This document shows positions 26,743 through 35,469 of a stretch of 64,000 nt of DNA, piece by piece. Each line of letters starts with the position of its first letter. The stretch's first letter is position 1. Both the position numbers and the translations under genes were made by a program. Where the stretch lies: contig OY760074.1 of assembly GCA_963663035.1 (NCBI GenBank), positions 704,001 through 768,000 of the forward strand. Reading direction: 5' to 3'. The notes under the pieces are model-generated. The model made no database searches. It had not been told where the DNA came from and was given only the letters and a program-made list of their open reading frames with translations. The DNA is from Acidobacteriota bacterium. Lineage in GTDB: Bacteria > Acidobacteriota > UBA6911 > RPQK01 > JADFOI01.

Positions 26743-27924
26743 ATGGATATCGTCAAAGAACCCAATATCGATTGGCTGGGCATGAAGTGGATCTTTTTCG
26801 GTATATCGGCATTTCTCATGATAACGGGTGGGATTTTCATGTTGAGCAAGGGGCTGAATCTGGGTGTGGACTTCACCGGGGGAACGCTGGTCTATGTGAA
26901 GTTCAAAGAGGAGCCTCAGCTGGACCAGATCCGCCAAACCCTGACTGCAGAGGCCCTGAGGGCAGAGGAAGTCATACGCTTTGATGATCCCTCGCTCAAC
27001 CAGGTTCAAATCCGGATGGCGAGCGTCGAAGGTGAGGAGGCCCAGGATCTCACCCTTGACACCGGCCAGGTCTTTGAGGCCCTGCGTGCAGAATATGATC
27101 AAAGCCAGGTGGAGACGGGGAAAATGGACCTCAATAATATTTCCAGGAGGCAGTTGTCCGCCCGTTTACAGGAATTGGATCCCGAAAACCTTGTCGATGA
27201 GCTGGCCATCTCGGAGATCGGTGAGCACTACAGCGAGGTGGCTGACCAGGTCATCGACTATCGAACCGATCAGGGCGGAATGATCCAGGATTTTTCAGAA
27301 CTGAATCAATTGGGGCTTCCCACGGCTGCTACAACCACACTCGGTGAGGAGTCCTACCTGGGCAGTTTCACGGTTATCAGCGTAGAAAGCGTGGGACCCA
27401 AGGTCGGCCAGGAGTTGAGGACACGAGCACGTGATGCGATCCTTTTCTCACTCATCGGAATGTTGATCTATATCGCCATTCGGTTTTGGCCCATTTATGG
27501 TTTAGCGGCGCTAGTGGCCGTTTTTCACGATGTGCTCATCACCGTTGGAGCCTTCTCCATAACGGATCGGGAGATTTCACTCACCGTGGTGGCAGCACTG
27601 CTGACCCTGGTGGGATATTCCATTAACGACACAATCGTTGTCTTCGATCGGATAAGGGAGAACTTGAAGCTGATGCGTCGAAGCGACCTGACTACGATCA
27701 TCAATACCAGCATCAACCAAACCTTGAATCGGACGATCATGACTTCCGGGATGACCTTTCTGGCCGTCTTCTCTCTTTACTTATTTGGAGGTCAGGTCCT
27801 GAGGGGATTCTCCTTTGCGCTTGTGATCGGTATCATCGTGGGAACCTTTTCCTCCATCGCGATTGCGAGTCCCATTGTTCTCTGGTGGCAAACCACTTTA
27901 GACAGGAGAAAGGCACGTCGCTAG
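26743..27924 (+). CDS. secF: Protein translocase subunit SecF with a periplasmic HhH-like insertion
   Basis: GVDFTGG, VGPKVG, FHDV, GYSINDTIVVFDRIRE. Confidence 0.96.
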   Translation: MDIVKEPNIDWLGMKWIFFGISAFLMITGGIFMLSKGLNLGVDFTGGTLVYVKFKEEPQLDQIRQTLTAEALRAEEVIRFDDPSLNQVQIRMASVEGEEAQDLTLDTGQVFEALRAEYDQSQVETGKMDLNNISRRQLSARLQELDPENLVDELAISEIGEHYSEVADQVIDYRTDQGGMIQDFSELNQLGLPTAATTTLGEESYLGSFTVISVESVGPKVGQELRTRARDAILFSLIGMLIYIAIRFWPIYGLAALVAVFHDVLITVGAFSITDREISLTVVAALLTLVGYSINDTIVVFDRIRENLKLMRRSDLTTIINTSINQTLNRTIMTSGMTFLAVFSLYLFGGQVLRGFSFALVIGIIVGTFSSIAIASPIVLWWQTTLDRRKARR

Positions 27925-28136
27925 CCCGCATTTTTCACACCAGGTCGTCGCGAAGCGGTGGAAGGGCCGGCCGACAAGGCGCGCGAGGGGTACCCGCCAC
28001 GGGTCGGCCCCCGCAGACGTGCTCTTGAGTACGTTGAGGAGGCCGAGGGGCACCCGCACTGGTGTGCGGGTCGCGCAACGAAGTCAGGTCGGATCATTGC
28101 GCCGATGCAGTAGAGCGGGTGTGAGAAATGCGGGCT
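27923..28136. repeat. Palindromic MITE/REPIN-like element, copy 3 (type B ends, no insert)
   Basis: IR AGCCCGCATTTTTCACACC...GGTGTGAGAAATGCGGGCT; begins within the secF TAG stop. Confidence 0.88.
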
Positions 28137-28214
28137 GAGAGAAGCATCTCGTAACCCAATATGTGTGATGATGTTACGGGAATTAGGAGAAGAAAAATAA
28201 TCTTGAACTCAATC

Positions 28215-28243
28215 TTGACTCAACTTGAAGCCGGTAGTAGTAT
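28215..28243 (+). promoter_or_regulatory. Putative sigma70 promoter of the tonB cluster
   Basis: TTGACT-N17-TAGTAT. Confidence 0.45.
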
Positions 28244-28308
28244 TGCGCGAACCGACGACTGCGTGCAGCGCAGCGCTTCAAAAGTCAGGGTTAGGAAGGG
28301 GAGAGTAG

Positions 28309-29049
28309 ATGTTTGAGAATCTGATTGAATCTTCGCCCGATCGAGCTGGTCAAAACAAGACGACCCTGTTAATTTCCTTTGTCGTCCACACCGTTATCAT
28401 TGTGACGCTGTTGCTCATCCCATTGATCTATTACGATGTATTGCCCGAGAGTGAACTGTTGACTTTCCTGGCTGCACCACCACCACCGCCACCACCACCG
28501 CCGCCGCCGCCACCTCCGACTGCACCGCCTCCGCCAGTGCAGCAGGTACAGGTTGTGAAGTTGGATCCGACACAGTTCGTGGCACCGATTGAGATTCCCA
28601 CGGAGATCCCTCCTCCCATGGATGATATTCCGGAAATCTCCAGTATTTTGGACGCGACTGCGGGAGGCCTTCTGGGTGGGGTTCCCGGTGGGATTGTGGG
28701 TGGAATGCTCGGTGCGGTGCCGGATGCCACCCCGCCTCCTCCGCCGCCACCAAAGAAAAAGGAACCGATCCGAGTGGGTGGGAGTGTTCAGTCCTCCAAG
28801 CTGCTGAAACGGGTGGAACCAACCTATCCTGAACTGGCCAAAAAGGCTCGAATTCAGGGTATTGTGCTTCTGCAAGTTACGGTCGATGAGACGGGAAGAG
28901 TAGCCGATATCAAGATCATACGAGGTCATCCGCTCTTGAACGAGGGAGCCTTATCAGCTGTGCGGCAATGGGAATACTCTCCCACACTGCTCAACGGGGA
29001 ACCGGTTCAGGTGATAGCGACCGTGACGGTGAATTTTATCCTTAGGTAG
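28309..29049 (+). CDS. tonB: Energy transducer TonB
   Basis: TM with SxxxH motif (SFVVH), polyproline linker, TonB_C (YPELAKKARIQGIV...W.Y.P...G.PV). Confidence 0.92.
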   Translation: MFENLIESSPDRAGQNKTTLLISFVVHTVIIVTLLLIPLIYYDVLPESELLTFLAAPPPPPPPPPPPPPPTAPPPPVQQVQVVKLDPTQFVAPIEIPTEIPPPMDDIPEISSILDATAGGLLGGVPGGIVGGMLGAVPDATPPPPPPPKKKEPIRVGGSVQSSKLLKRVEPTYPELAKKARIQGIVLLQVTVDETGRVADIKIIRGHPLLNEGALSAVRQWEYSPTLLNGEPVQVIATVTVNFILR

Positions 29050-29115
29050 TCTAAACTGTTTGACTTTCTTCTGCTGATTTGTAAGATGATCCTAACTATT
29101 TCAGGGAGGTAACTT

Positions 29116-29793
29116 ATGAGTGGTTTTATGGAAATGTGGGGACAGATGGGGTATCTGGCAAAAGCCGTGGTGGCTGTCCTTGGCCTGATGTCCATTTGGT
29201 CGATTTCAGTGATGATTGAGCGCTATCTCAAATTTGCAGCGGCTCGGAAGCAGTCCCGTGAGTTTGCGCCTGCTGTCTCAGAGGCTTTGAAAAGCGGGAA
29301 TATTAGTGAGGCCATTGAGCTGGCGGAGCAACATGACAAGAGCCACCTGGCCAAAGTTGTGGTGGCTGGTCTTCAAGAGTTTCACGCCCATGAGGGTTCG
29401 ACTCGAATCCCGGGTGAGATCATCGAAGCCTCCCGAAGAGCCCTTCAGCGGGCCACTGCGATTGGAATCGAGGAGCTCAAAAAAGGTCTGGGAGGGTTGG
29501 CAACCATTGGTGCCACCGCGCCTTTCGTGGGGCTGCTTGGAACCACGGTAGGGATCATTAACGCATTTCTGGGAATGGCCGCCGGGGAAAATGTGGGATT
29601 GGCCGCCGTGGCCCCAGGCATTGCCGAGGCACTGGTTGCTACGGCGTTCGGACTCTTCGTAGCAATCCCGGCCGTGTGGATGTACAACTACTTCACCGGG
29701 AAAATCGAATCCTATATCGTGGAAATGGACAACTCCTCTTCCGAGTTGATCGATTATTTCCTGAAGCGGAGGGCTGAGAAGCATGGCGACTAG
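29116..29793 (+). CDS. MotA/TolQ/ExbB proton channel protein
   Basis: LATIGATAPFVGLLGT, GIAEALVATAFGL. Confidence 0.93.
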   Translation: MSGFMEMWGQMGYLAKAVVAVLGLMSIWSISVMIERYLKFAAARKQSREFAPAVSEALKSGNISEAIELAEQHDKSHLAKVVVAGLQEFHAHEGSTRIPGEIIEASRRALQRATAIGIEELKKGLGGLATIGATAPFVGLLGTTVGIINAFLGMAAGENVGLAAVAPGIAEALVATAFGLFVAIPAVWMYNYFTGKIESYIVEMDNSSSELIDYFLKRRAEKHGD

Positions 29794-30211
29794 TCGTGGC
29801 GGCGAAAGTGGAGTCAACTCGGAGATCAATGTCACTCCCATGGCCGACGTGATGTTGGTTCTGCTCATCATTTTCATGATCACCGTGCCGCTGTTGCAAC
29901 AAGGGGTTTTTGTCAACAAGCCGAGGGCGAAAAATGCCCAGGAAGCGCCTGATGTGGATGATGAGGATGCCACCATGGTGACCGTGACTCGCCAGGGGGG
30001 CGTGTACATCAATCGTGATGCAGTCCCCCCCAACCTGATTGTTGAAAAGCTTATGGAGCGAGTCGCGCTCAAACCCGAGTTGCCGCTTTTTATTAAGGCC
30101 GATGTGGCTGTCCTCTATGGGACCGTTGTCGATCTTGTTTCAAAGGCCCGTGAGGCGGGAGTGGAACAAATCGGTTTGATGGTGGATCGGGATGTGGAAG
30201 GAGGGAGGTAG
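29783..30211 (+). CDS. ExbD/TolR family protein 1
   Basis: EINVTPMADVMLVLLIIFM with the conserved Asp. Confidence 0.93.
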   Translation: MATSRGGESGVNSEINVTPMADVMLVLLIIFMITVPLLQQGVFVNKPRAKNAQEAPDVDDEDATMVTVTRQGGVYINRDAVPPNLIVEKLMERVALKPELPLFIKADVAVLYGTVVDLVSKAREAGVEQIGLMVDRDVEGGR

Positions 30212-30217
30212 TCACTT

Positions 30218-30646
30218 ATGTCTATGGGAGGTAAAAGCGGAAAAGGGGCCTCATCCGATATCAACATCACCCCTTTCATCGATATTCTCCTGGTGCTGCT
30301 CATCATCTTTATGGTGATTCAGCCCATGATCCAGTATGATCTGGAGGCTCGCGTTCCTCAGAAACTTCCCGATGAGCTTCCTGAAGATTTGATCATCAAA
30401 TCAGATGCCATCGTTGTGTCCATTGACCGTCAGGGTGCTTATCGTATCAATCAGGACCCGGTCAGATTTAACAATTTGGGATCCAGACTCTTTGAAATCT
30501 ACAGCTCCCGCGCCAACAAGAATATGTTCATCCTGGGAGACGTGGATCTTGCCTTTGATGACGTGGTCAGGGTGATCGATATCGCCAAGGGAGCCGGGGT
30601 CGGGGATATCGGGCTCTTGACACCCGAGGACCAGCCGGGTGGATAA
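30218..30646 (+). CDS. ExbD/TolR family protein 2
   Basis: DINITPFIDILLVLLIIFM with the conserved Asp. Confidence 0.93.
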   Translation: MSMGGKSGKGASSDINITPFIDILLVLLIIFMVIQPMIQYDLEARVPQKLPDELPEDLIIKSDAIVVSIDRQGAYRINQDPVRFNNLGSRLFEIYSSRANKNMFILGDVDLAFDDVVRVIDIAKGAGVGDIGLLTPEDQPGG

Positions 30647-30687
30647 GAGACCACAAGAAGGCCGAGTTATTTAGGTTGGAGGCAAAA

Positions 30688-31521
30688 ATGGGAATGCATT
30701 TGCCGAGAAGAACAGTTGTCTTGGTGGCGATGCTCGTCTTGAGCTTGACGGCATCCAATTGTGGCTGGTGGGACGGCCTGAGCGCCCGCAATGAGCTCAA
30801 TAAGGGAGTGAAGGCCTACACCGGTAAGCAATACAATGAAGCGATTGAGCACTTCGAACTGTCCATTGAGAAGGATCCGGAGTTAACCAGGAGCTATCTT
30901 TATCTGGCTATAGCCTATCGCGCCCAATATGTTCCCCAGGGAACGAGCCCGGAAAATATGGAGAAGGCCAACAAGGCGATTGCAACCTTCGAAGAAGTCC
31001 TCCAGAGAGATCCCAGTGCTGGGGATCAAGCCACGGCCATGGCGAACCTGGCCGGTCTATACACCGGAATGGGCGAGTTCGATAAGGCTCGGGAGTGGTA
31101 TGGCAGACGCATGGAGTCTGAGCCGGATAACCCTGAACCTCTGTATGGGATCGCCACAATCGATTGGCAGATTTCCTACGATGAGACGGGTATGACCGGT
31201 GAGAGTGTAGAGTTCCTGGATGAGGAAAGAAGGGTAGAGATCGATCAGCTTGTGAGTGAAGGCATAGAGAATTTAAAGAAGGCTTTGGAGCTCGATCCAG
31301 AGTATGTGGATGCCATGCAGTACCTGAACCTGCTGTACCGCGAAAAGGCCAAGCTCGAACAGGATGAGGAGGCACAGCGAGACTGGGAGCGAGAAGCGGA
31401 TAAGCTGGCTTTACAGGCCCTGGAGCTGAAACGTGAGCAGGAAGCAGAAGACGCAGAAGCTCGACGATCGGTGACCGGGGGCAAGAAGAGTAGCCAGCCC
31501 GTCAAACACTGGAAATTGTGA
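30688..31521 (+). CDS. TPR-repeat lipoprotein
   Basis: Lipobox-like LTASNC, several TPRs; start uncertain (30676, 30688 or 30694). Confidence 0.8.
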   Translation: MGMHLPRRTVVLVAMLVLSLTASNCGWWDGLSARNELNKGVKAYTGKQYNEAIEHFELSIEKDPELTRSYLYLAIAYRAQYVPQGTSPENMEKANKAIATFEEVLQRDPSAGDQATAMANLAGLYTGMGEFDKAREWYGRRMESEPDNPEPLYGIATIDWQISYDETGMTGESVEFLDEERRVEIDQLVSEGIENLKKALELDPEYVDAMQYLNLLYREKAKLEQDEEAQRDWEREADKLALQALELKREQEAEDAEARRSVTGGKKSSQPVKHWKL

Positions 31522-31522
31522 G

Positions 31523-31554
31523 GAGAGGGACTATCAATCCCTCTCTTTTTTTTT
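31523..31554 (+). terminator. Intrinsic terminator of the tonB cluster
   Basis: GAGAGGGA-ctatcaa-TCCCTCTC followed by a T run. Confidence 0.85.
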
Positions 31555-31576
31555 GTCCAAAACCCCTGTTTCCCTA

Positions 31577-31788
31577 AGCCCGGATTATGCATAAATTCTC
31601 TACTGCAGTGCCGCAATCATCCACGCTGACTGCGTTGTGCGACCCGCAAAGCGGGTACCCCTTGGGCTCCTCGGCGTACTACATGAGTACGCCTGCGGGG
31701 CCCGACCCGCAAGCGGGTACCTCTCGCACGCCTTGTCATCGCGGCGCCAGCGGCACTTCGTCACGAGAACCTATGCTTAATCCGGGCC
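31577..31788. repeat. Palindromic MITE/REPIN-like element, copy 4 (type A ends, no insert)
   Basis: IR AGCCCGGATTATGCATA...TATGCTTAATCCGGGCC; core nearly identical to copy 1. Confidence 0.88.
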
Positions 31789-31826
31789 AAGCCTTGTTCC
31801 AGGTGGTAAAATGAGTCGAAGACATT

Positions 31827-34004
31827 ATGATTCGCTTTGAGGATCTGGAGGAAAGAGTTCAGCAATATCACCCCGAAGCAGACATGGAGCTGCTCAGGAA
31901 AGCCTATGTCTTCTCTGCCCGAGAACACAAGGGGCAAACTCGCCAGTCCGGGGAACCCTATCTCTCCCATCCTTTGAAGGTAGCCCATATTCTCGCTGAG
32001 ATGAAGCTCGATGTCGCCTGCGTGAGCGTTGGTCTCCTGCACGATGTGGTCGAGGATACCCTCACCAGTCTTGATACTATCAGGGAGTATTTTGGCGAAG
32101 ACATCGCCCATCTGGTGGACGGTGTCACCAAAATCAGCCAGATTCACTTCTCTTCACGTCATGAAAAGCAATCTGAGAATTTCCGGAAACTGCTTCTCGC
32201 TATGGTCGATGACATTCGGGTGATTTTGGTGAAATTGGCCGATCGTTTCCATAACCTGAGTACCTTGCAATACCTTCCCGCTGAAAAGAGAAAGTCCATT
32301 GCTCAGGAGACGTTGGACATCTACGTGCCCATCGCCCACCGTCTGGGGATGGCCAAGCTTCGGGGTGAGTTGGAGGATTTGGCCTTTAGGTATTTGGATC
32401 CGGTCGCCTTTCAGAATATTTCTGCTCAGGTGGAAAAAGAGAGGGCCAATAGCCATGAGTTCTCTCAAGAGGTCATGGAGGCTATGCAGCAGTGCTTCCA
32501 GGAGCAGGGAATTGAAGCCGGGCTTGAGAGTCGTGTCAAGGGAATCTACAGCAGCTACCAGAAGATGAAACGTCAGAAAATCAGCATCGATCAGGTCTAT
32601 GACTTCATTGCTATTCGGGTCCTGGTCAAAACGGTGCGTGATTGCTATACGGTGTTGGGAATCGTGAATAACATGTGGAACCCGATTCCAGGGAGAATCA
32701 AAGACTTTATCGCCTCTCCCCTTTCCAACAGATACCAATCTCTTCACACCACAGTCATTGGTCGAAATGGACACCCTTTCGAACTGCAGATCCGAACTCA
32801 CGAAATGAACCAGGTCGCTGAAGAGGGAATCGCCGCCCACTGGAAATACAAGGAGGGGAAGCTGGAAGAGGAGAAAGATGACAAGCGCTTTCAGTGGCTG
32901 CGGCAGCTTTTGGAATGGCAGCACGAGGTCGAGGACCCACATCAGTTCTTGAGTAACCTCAAGATTGACCTGTATCCGAGGGAAGTTTACACCTTTACTC
33001 CCAAAGGAGAGGTGATCACTCTTCCTCGCGGTGCAACACCAGTCGATTTTGCCTATGCTATCCACACCGAAATTGGCCACAAGAGTGTCGGTGCTCAGGT
33101 CAATGGCCGCATCGTCCCCTTGAAATACAAACTCAGTAATGGAGAAATTGTAGAGATTCTCACCTCCAGCGAAGCCCATCCCAGGAAGGACTGGTTGAAT
33201 TTCGTCAGGAGCTCACGTGCCAGAAGCTCGATTAGGCGTTGGATCAATGTGAAGCAGAAGGAAGAGGCCGTCGAGTTGGGGCGAAGATTGCTTGAAAGAA
33301 ATGCCCGCGCCTGCAAATTAAAGCTCAAAAACTATCAGGACAAGCTGGAATCGATGCTTTCCGATTTTAATGTCTCCCGGATGGAGGATTTGTTCGCACG
33401 TCTCGGATTTGGAAAACTCTCCCCTCGCCAGGTCTTGGGGGCACTAGAACCCGGGACGATCGTGCCACAAGAGGGCGAAGAGAGTGGAGCATCAAGAGTG
33501 ACCCAGATGGTCAACAAGGTTTTCCGACGCTCGGAGACCGCCATTCAGGTCAACGGCTACGATGACCTTCTGGTCTATCGAGCCCAGTGCTGTAATCCGG
33601 TCCGAGGTGAAGAGATTATAGGTTACATTACCGCCGGTCGAGGTATCTCGGTCCATTCGGTTGATTGTCCCAGCGTTGAAAAATTGCTTTTAAACCCGGA
33701 GTGGAAGGTTGAAGTGAAGTGGGAAGAGGATGGGAGAAAAGTCATCTATCCCGTGCGTCTGCTCCTCTCTACCGAAGACCGCACCGGGATTTTGGCGGAT
33801 GTCACGTCGGCCGTGTCCCATGTCGATACCAACATCTTGAACGTGAACGCACAGAGTACCGACGATCGCTACGGAGTGATTGATATGACCGTGGAGATCA
33901 ACGATATGGAGCATCTTGAAGAAATCATGAATGACCTCAAGGCGATCGAGGGAGTGCGTGAAGTAGAACGGGCAATAGGTGGGTCCAGAGAAAGAAGGAG
34001 ATAA
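31827..34004 (+). CDS. relA: Bifunctional (p)ppGpp synthetase/hydrolase RelA/SpoT
   Basis: HD hydrolase (LLHDVVED), synthetase (YQSLHT, ELQIRT), TGS, CC-zinc, ACT. Confidence 0.96.
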   Translation: MIRFEDLEERVQQYHPEADMELLRKAYVFSAREHKGQTRQSGEPYLSHPLKVAHILAEMKLDVACVSVGLLHDVVEDTLTSLDTIREYFGEDIAHLVDGVTKISQIHFSSRHEKQSENFRKLLLAMVDDIRVILVKLADRFHNLSTLQYLPAEKRKSIAQETLDIYVPIAHRLGMAKLRGELEDLAFRYLDPVAFQNISAQVEKERANSHEFSQEVMEAMQQCFQEQGIEAGLESRVKGIYSSYQKMKRQKISIDQVYDFIAIRVLVKTVRDCYTVLGIVNNMWNPIPGRIKDFIASPLSNRYQSLHTTVIGRNGHPFELQIRTHEMNQVAEEGIAAHWKYKEGKLEEEKDDKRFQWLRQLLEWQHEVEDPHQFLSNLKIDLYPREVYTFTPKGEVITLPRGATPVDFAYAIHTEIGHKSVGAQVNGRIVPLKYKLSNGEIVEILTSSEAHPRKDWLNFVRSSRARSSIRRWINVKQKEEAVELGRRLLERNARACKLKLKNYQDKLESMLSDFNVSRMEDLFARLGFGKLSPRQVLGALEPGTIVPQEGEESGASRVTQMVNKVFRRSETAIQVNGYDDLLVYRAQCCNPVRGEEIIGYITAGRGISVHSVDCPSVEKLLLNPEWKVEVKWEEDGRKVIYPVRLLLSTEDRTGILADVTSAVSHVDTNILNVNAQSTDDRYGVIDMTVEINDMEHLEEIMNDLKAIEGVREVERAIGGSRERRR

Positions 34005-34009
34005 TATCG

Positions 34010-34207
34010 CTACGCGATGGACGGTTTCTGGACTTTTCCAGACTTCAGACACTGAGTACAAACGCGGATGCGGCAGATAGTCCCATTGACAACCGCTCGC
34101 ACACGCTGCAAATTCGGATTCCAGCGCCGGTTGGTCAAATTATGAGCATGTGAGACGTTGTGGCCAAAGCGGGGTCCCTTTCCACAAATCTCACAAACCT
34201 TCGACAT
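34010..34207 (-). CDS. rpmB: 50S ribosomal protein L28 (zinc-binding form)
   Basis: [31 protein letters not shown]. Confidence 0.96.
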   Translation of the reverse strand: MSKVCEICGKGPRFGHNVSHAHNLTNRRWNPNLQRVRAVVNGTICRIRVCTQCLKSGKVQKPSIA

Positions 34208-34411
34208 AAGTCCTCCCAGTAACTTCTTCTAGAGAAGGCAATTAGAACATTCTTCCTCTTCTGGTGTCAATCGGGGCCATTTTTCTCTCGTAGATTTTTC
34301 ACTTGGGGCGTTATAGTGATCGAGATAGGCTGAGAGAATCATCGTCGGGGGTATGGTTTAAAATAGGGAAAAACAGCCTAAACAAAAGAGGTAATTGAAG
34401 AGAGGAAACAA

Positions 34412-35443
34412 GTGATGGACGACGATCAGAAGAAGAAGCGGGCCATCGAGATGGCCTTGACCCAGATTGAACGACAATTCGGGAAGGGATCGATCATGAA
34501 GTTGGGTGACCATGCGGTCTTGAAGGTCCCGGTGATTTCCACAGGCTCCCTCTCGATCGATGCGGCCCTGGGGATTGGTGGTTTCCCACGCGGGCGGGTG
34601 ATAGAGGTCTACGGCCCGGAATCGAGTGGAAAGACCACCATTGCGCTGCATGCCATTGCCGAGGCTCAAAAGCAGGGTGGAACGGCTGCCTTCATCGATG
34701 CCGAGCACGCCATGGATGCCAAATATGCCGGCAATCTGGGGGTCAATATTGACGAGCTGCTGGTCTCCCAGCCGGACAGTGGAGAGCAGGCCTTGGAGAT
34801 TGCTGAGATGTTGGTGCGCAGTGGGGCAATTGACATTCTCGTCATCGATTCAGTGGCGGCTCTGGTCCCTCGTGCCGAATTGGAAGGAGAAATGGGGGAC
34901 TCCCATATGGGACTGCAGGCCCGGCTCATGTCCCAGGCCTTGCGAAAGCTGGCCGGTGTCATTTCCAAGTCACAAACATGTATGATCTTTATCAATCAGA
35001 TTCGAGAGAAGATCGGGGTCATGTTTGGTAACCCGGAAACCACCACGGGTGGGCGAGCCCTGAAATTCTACGCCTCAGTTCGTTTGGAAGTCCGACGTGT
35101 CGCTTCCATTAAGGAAGGGGATCAAAACGTCGGCAATCGGACAAAAGCCAAGATCGTCAAGAATAAGTTGGCACCGCCTTTCCGAGAAGCCTACTTCGAC
35201 ATCAACTTCGGCTGGGGGATTTCTCGGGAAGGGGAGTTGCTTGATTTGGCCGTGGAGCACGAAATTGTAGAGAAAAGCGGTTCATGGTTCTCCTACGGGC
35301 AGGAACGATTAGGGCAGGGACGTGAAAATTCCAAGCTGTTCCTCCGCGAGAACGCCGAGATCACTGGCGCAATCGAGCATAAGCTAAAGGTGGCTCTGGG
35401 GACTGCCAAGCCGTTGCAGAAAGTTGAAGCAACAGGAACCTAG
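34412..35443 (+). CDS. recA: Recombinase RecA
   Basis: [38 protein letters not shown]. Confidence 0.98.
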   Translation: MMDDDQKKKRAIEMALTQIERQFGKGSIMKLGDHAVLKVPVISTGSLSIDAALGIGGFPRGRVIEVYGPESSGKTTIALHAIAEAQKQGGTAAFIDAEHAMDAKYAGNLGVNIDELLVSQPDSGEQALEIAEMLVRSGAIDILVIDSVAALVPRAELEGEMGDSHMGLQARLMSQALRKLAGVISKSQTCMIFINQIREKIGVMFGNPETTTGGRALKFYASVRLEVRRVASIKEGDQNVGNRTKAKIVKNKLAPPFREAYFDINFGWGISREGELLDLAVEHEIVEKSGSWFSYGQERLGQGRENSKLFLRENAEITGAIEHKLKVALGTAKPLQKVEATGT

Positions 35444-35469
35444 AACTGGAAGACGCTTCTTCCAGCTTT

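Noticed and set aside
28474-28540. CCA/CCG triplet run
   Set aside because: It encodes the normal polyproline linker of TonB
34208-34411. LexA box upstream of recA or uvrA
   Set aside because: No convincing GTTC-N7-GTTC, GAAC-N4-GTTC or CTG-N10-CAG site found by eye
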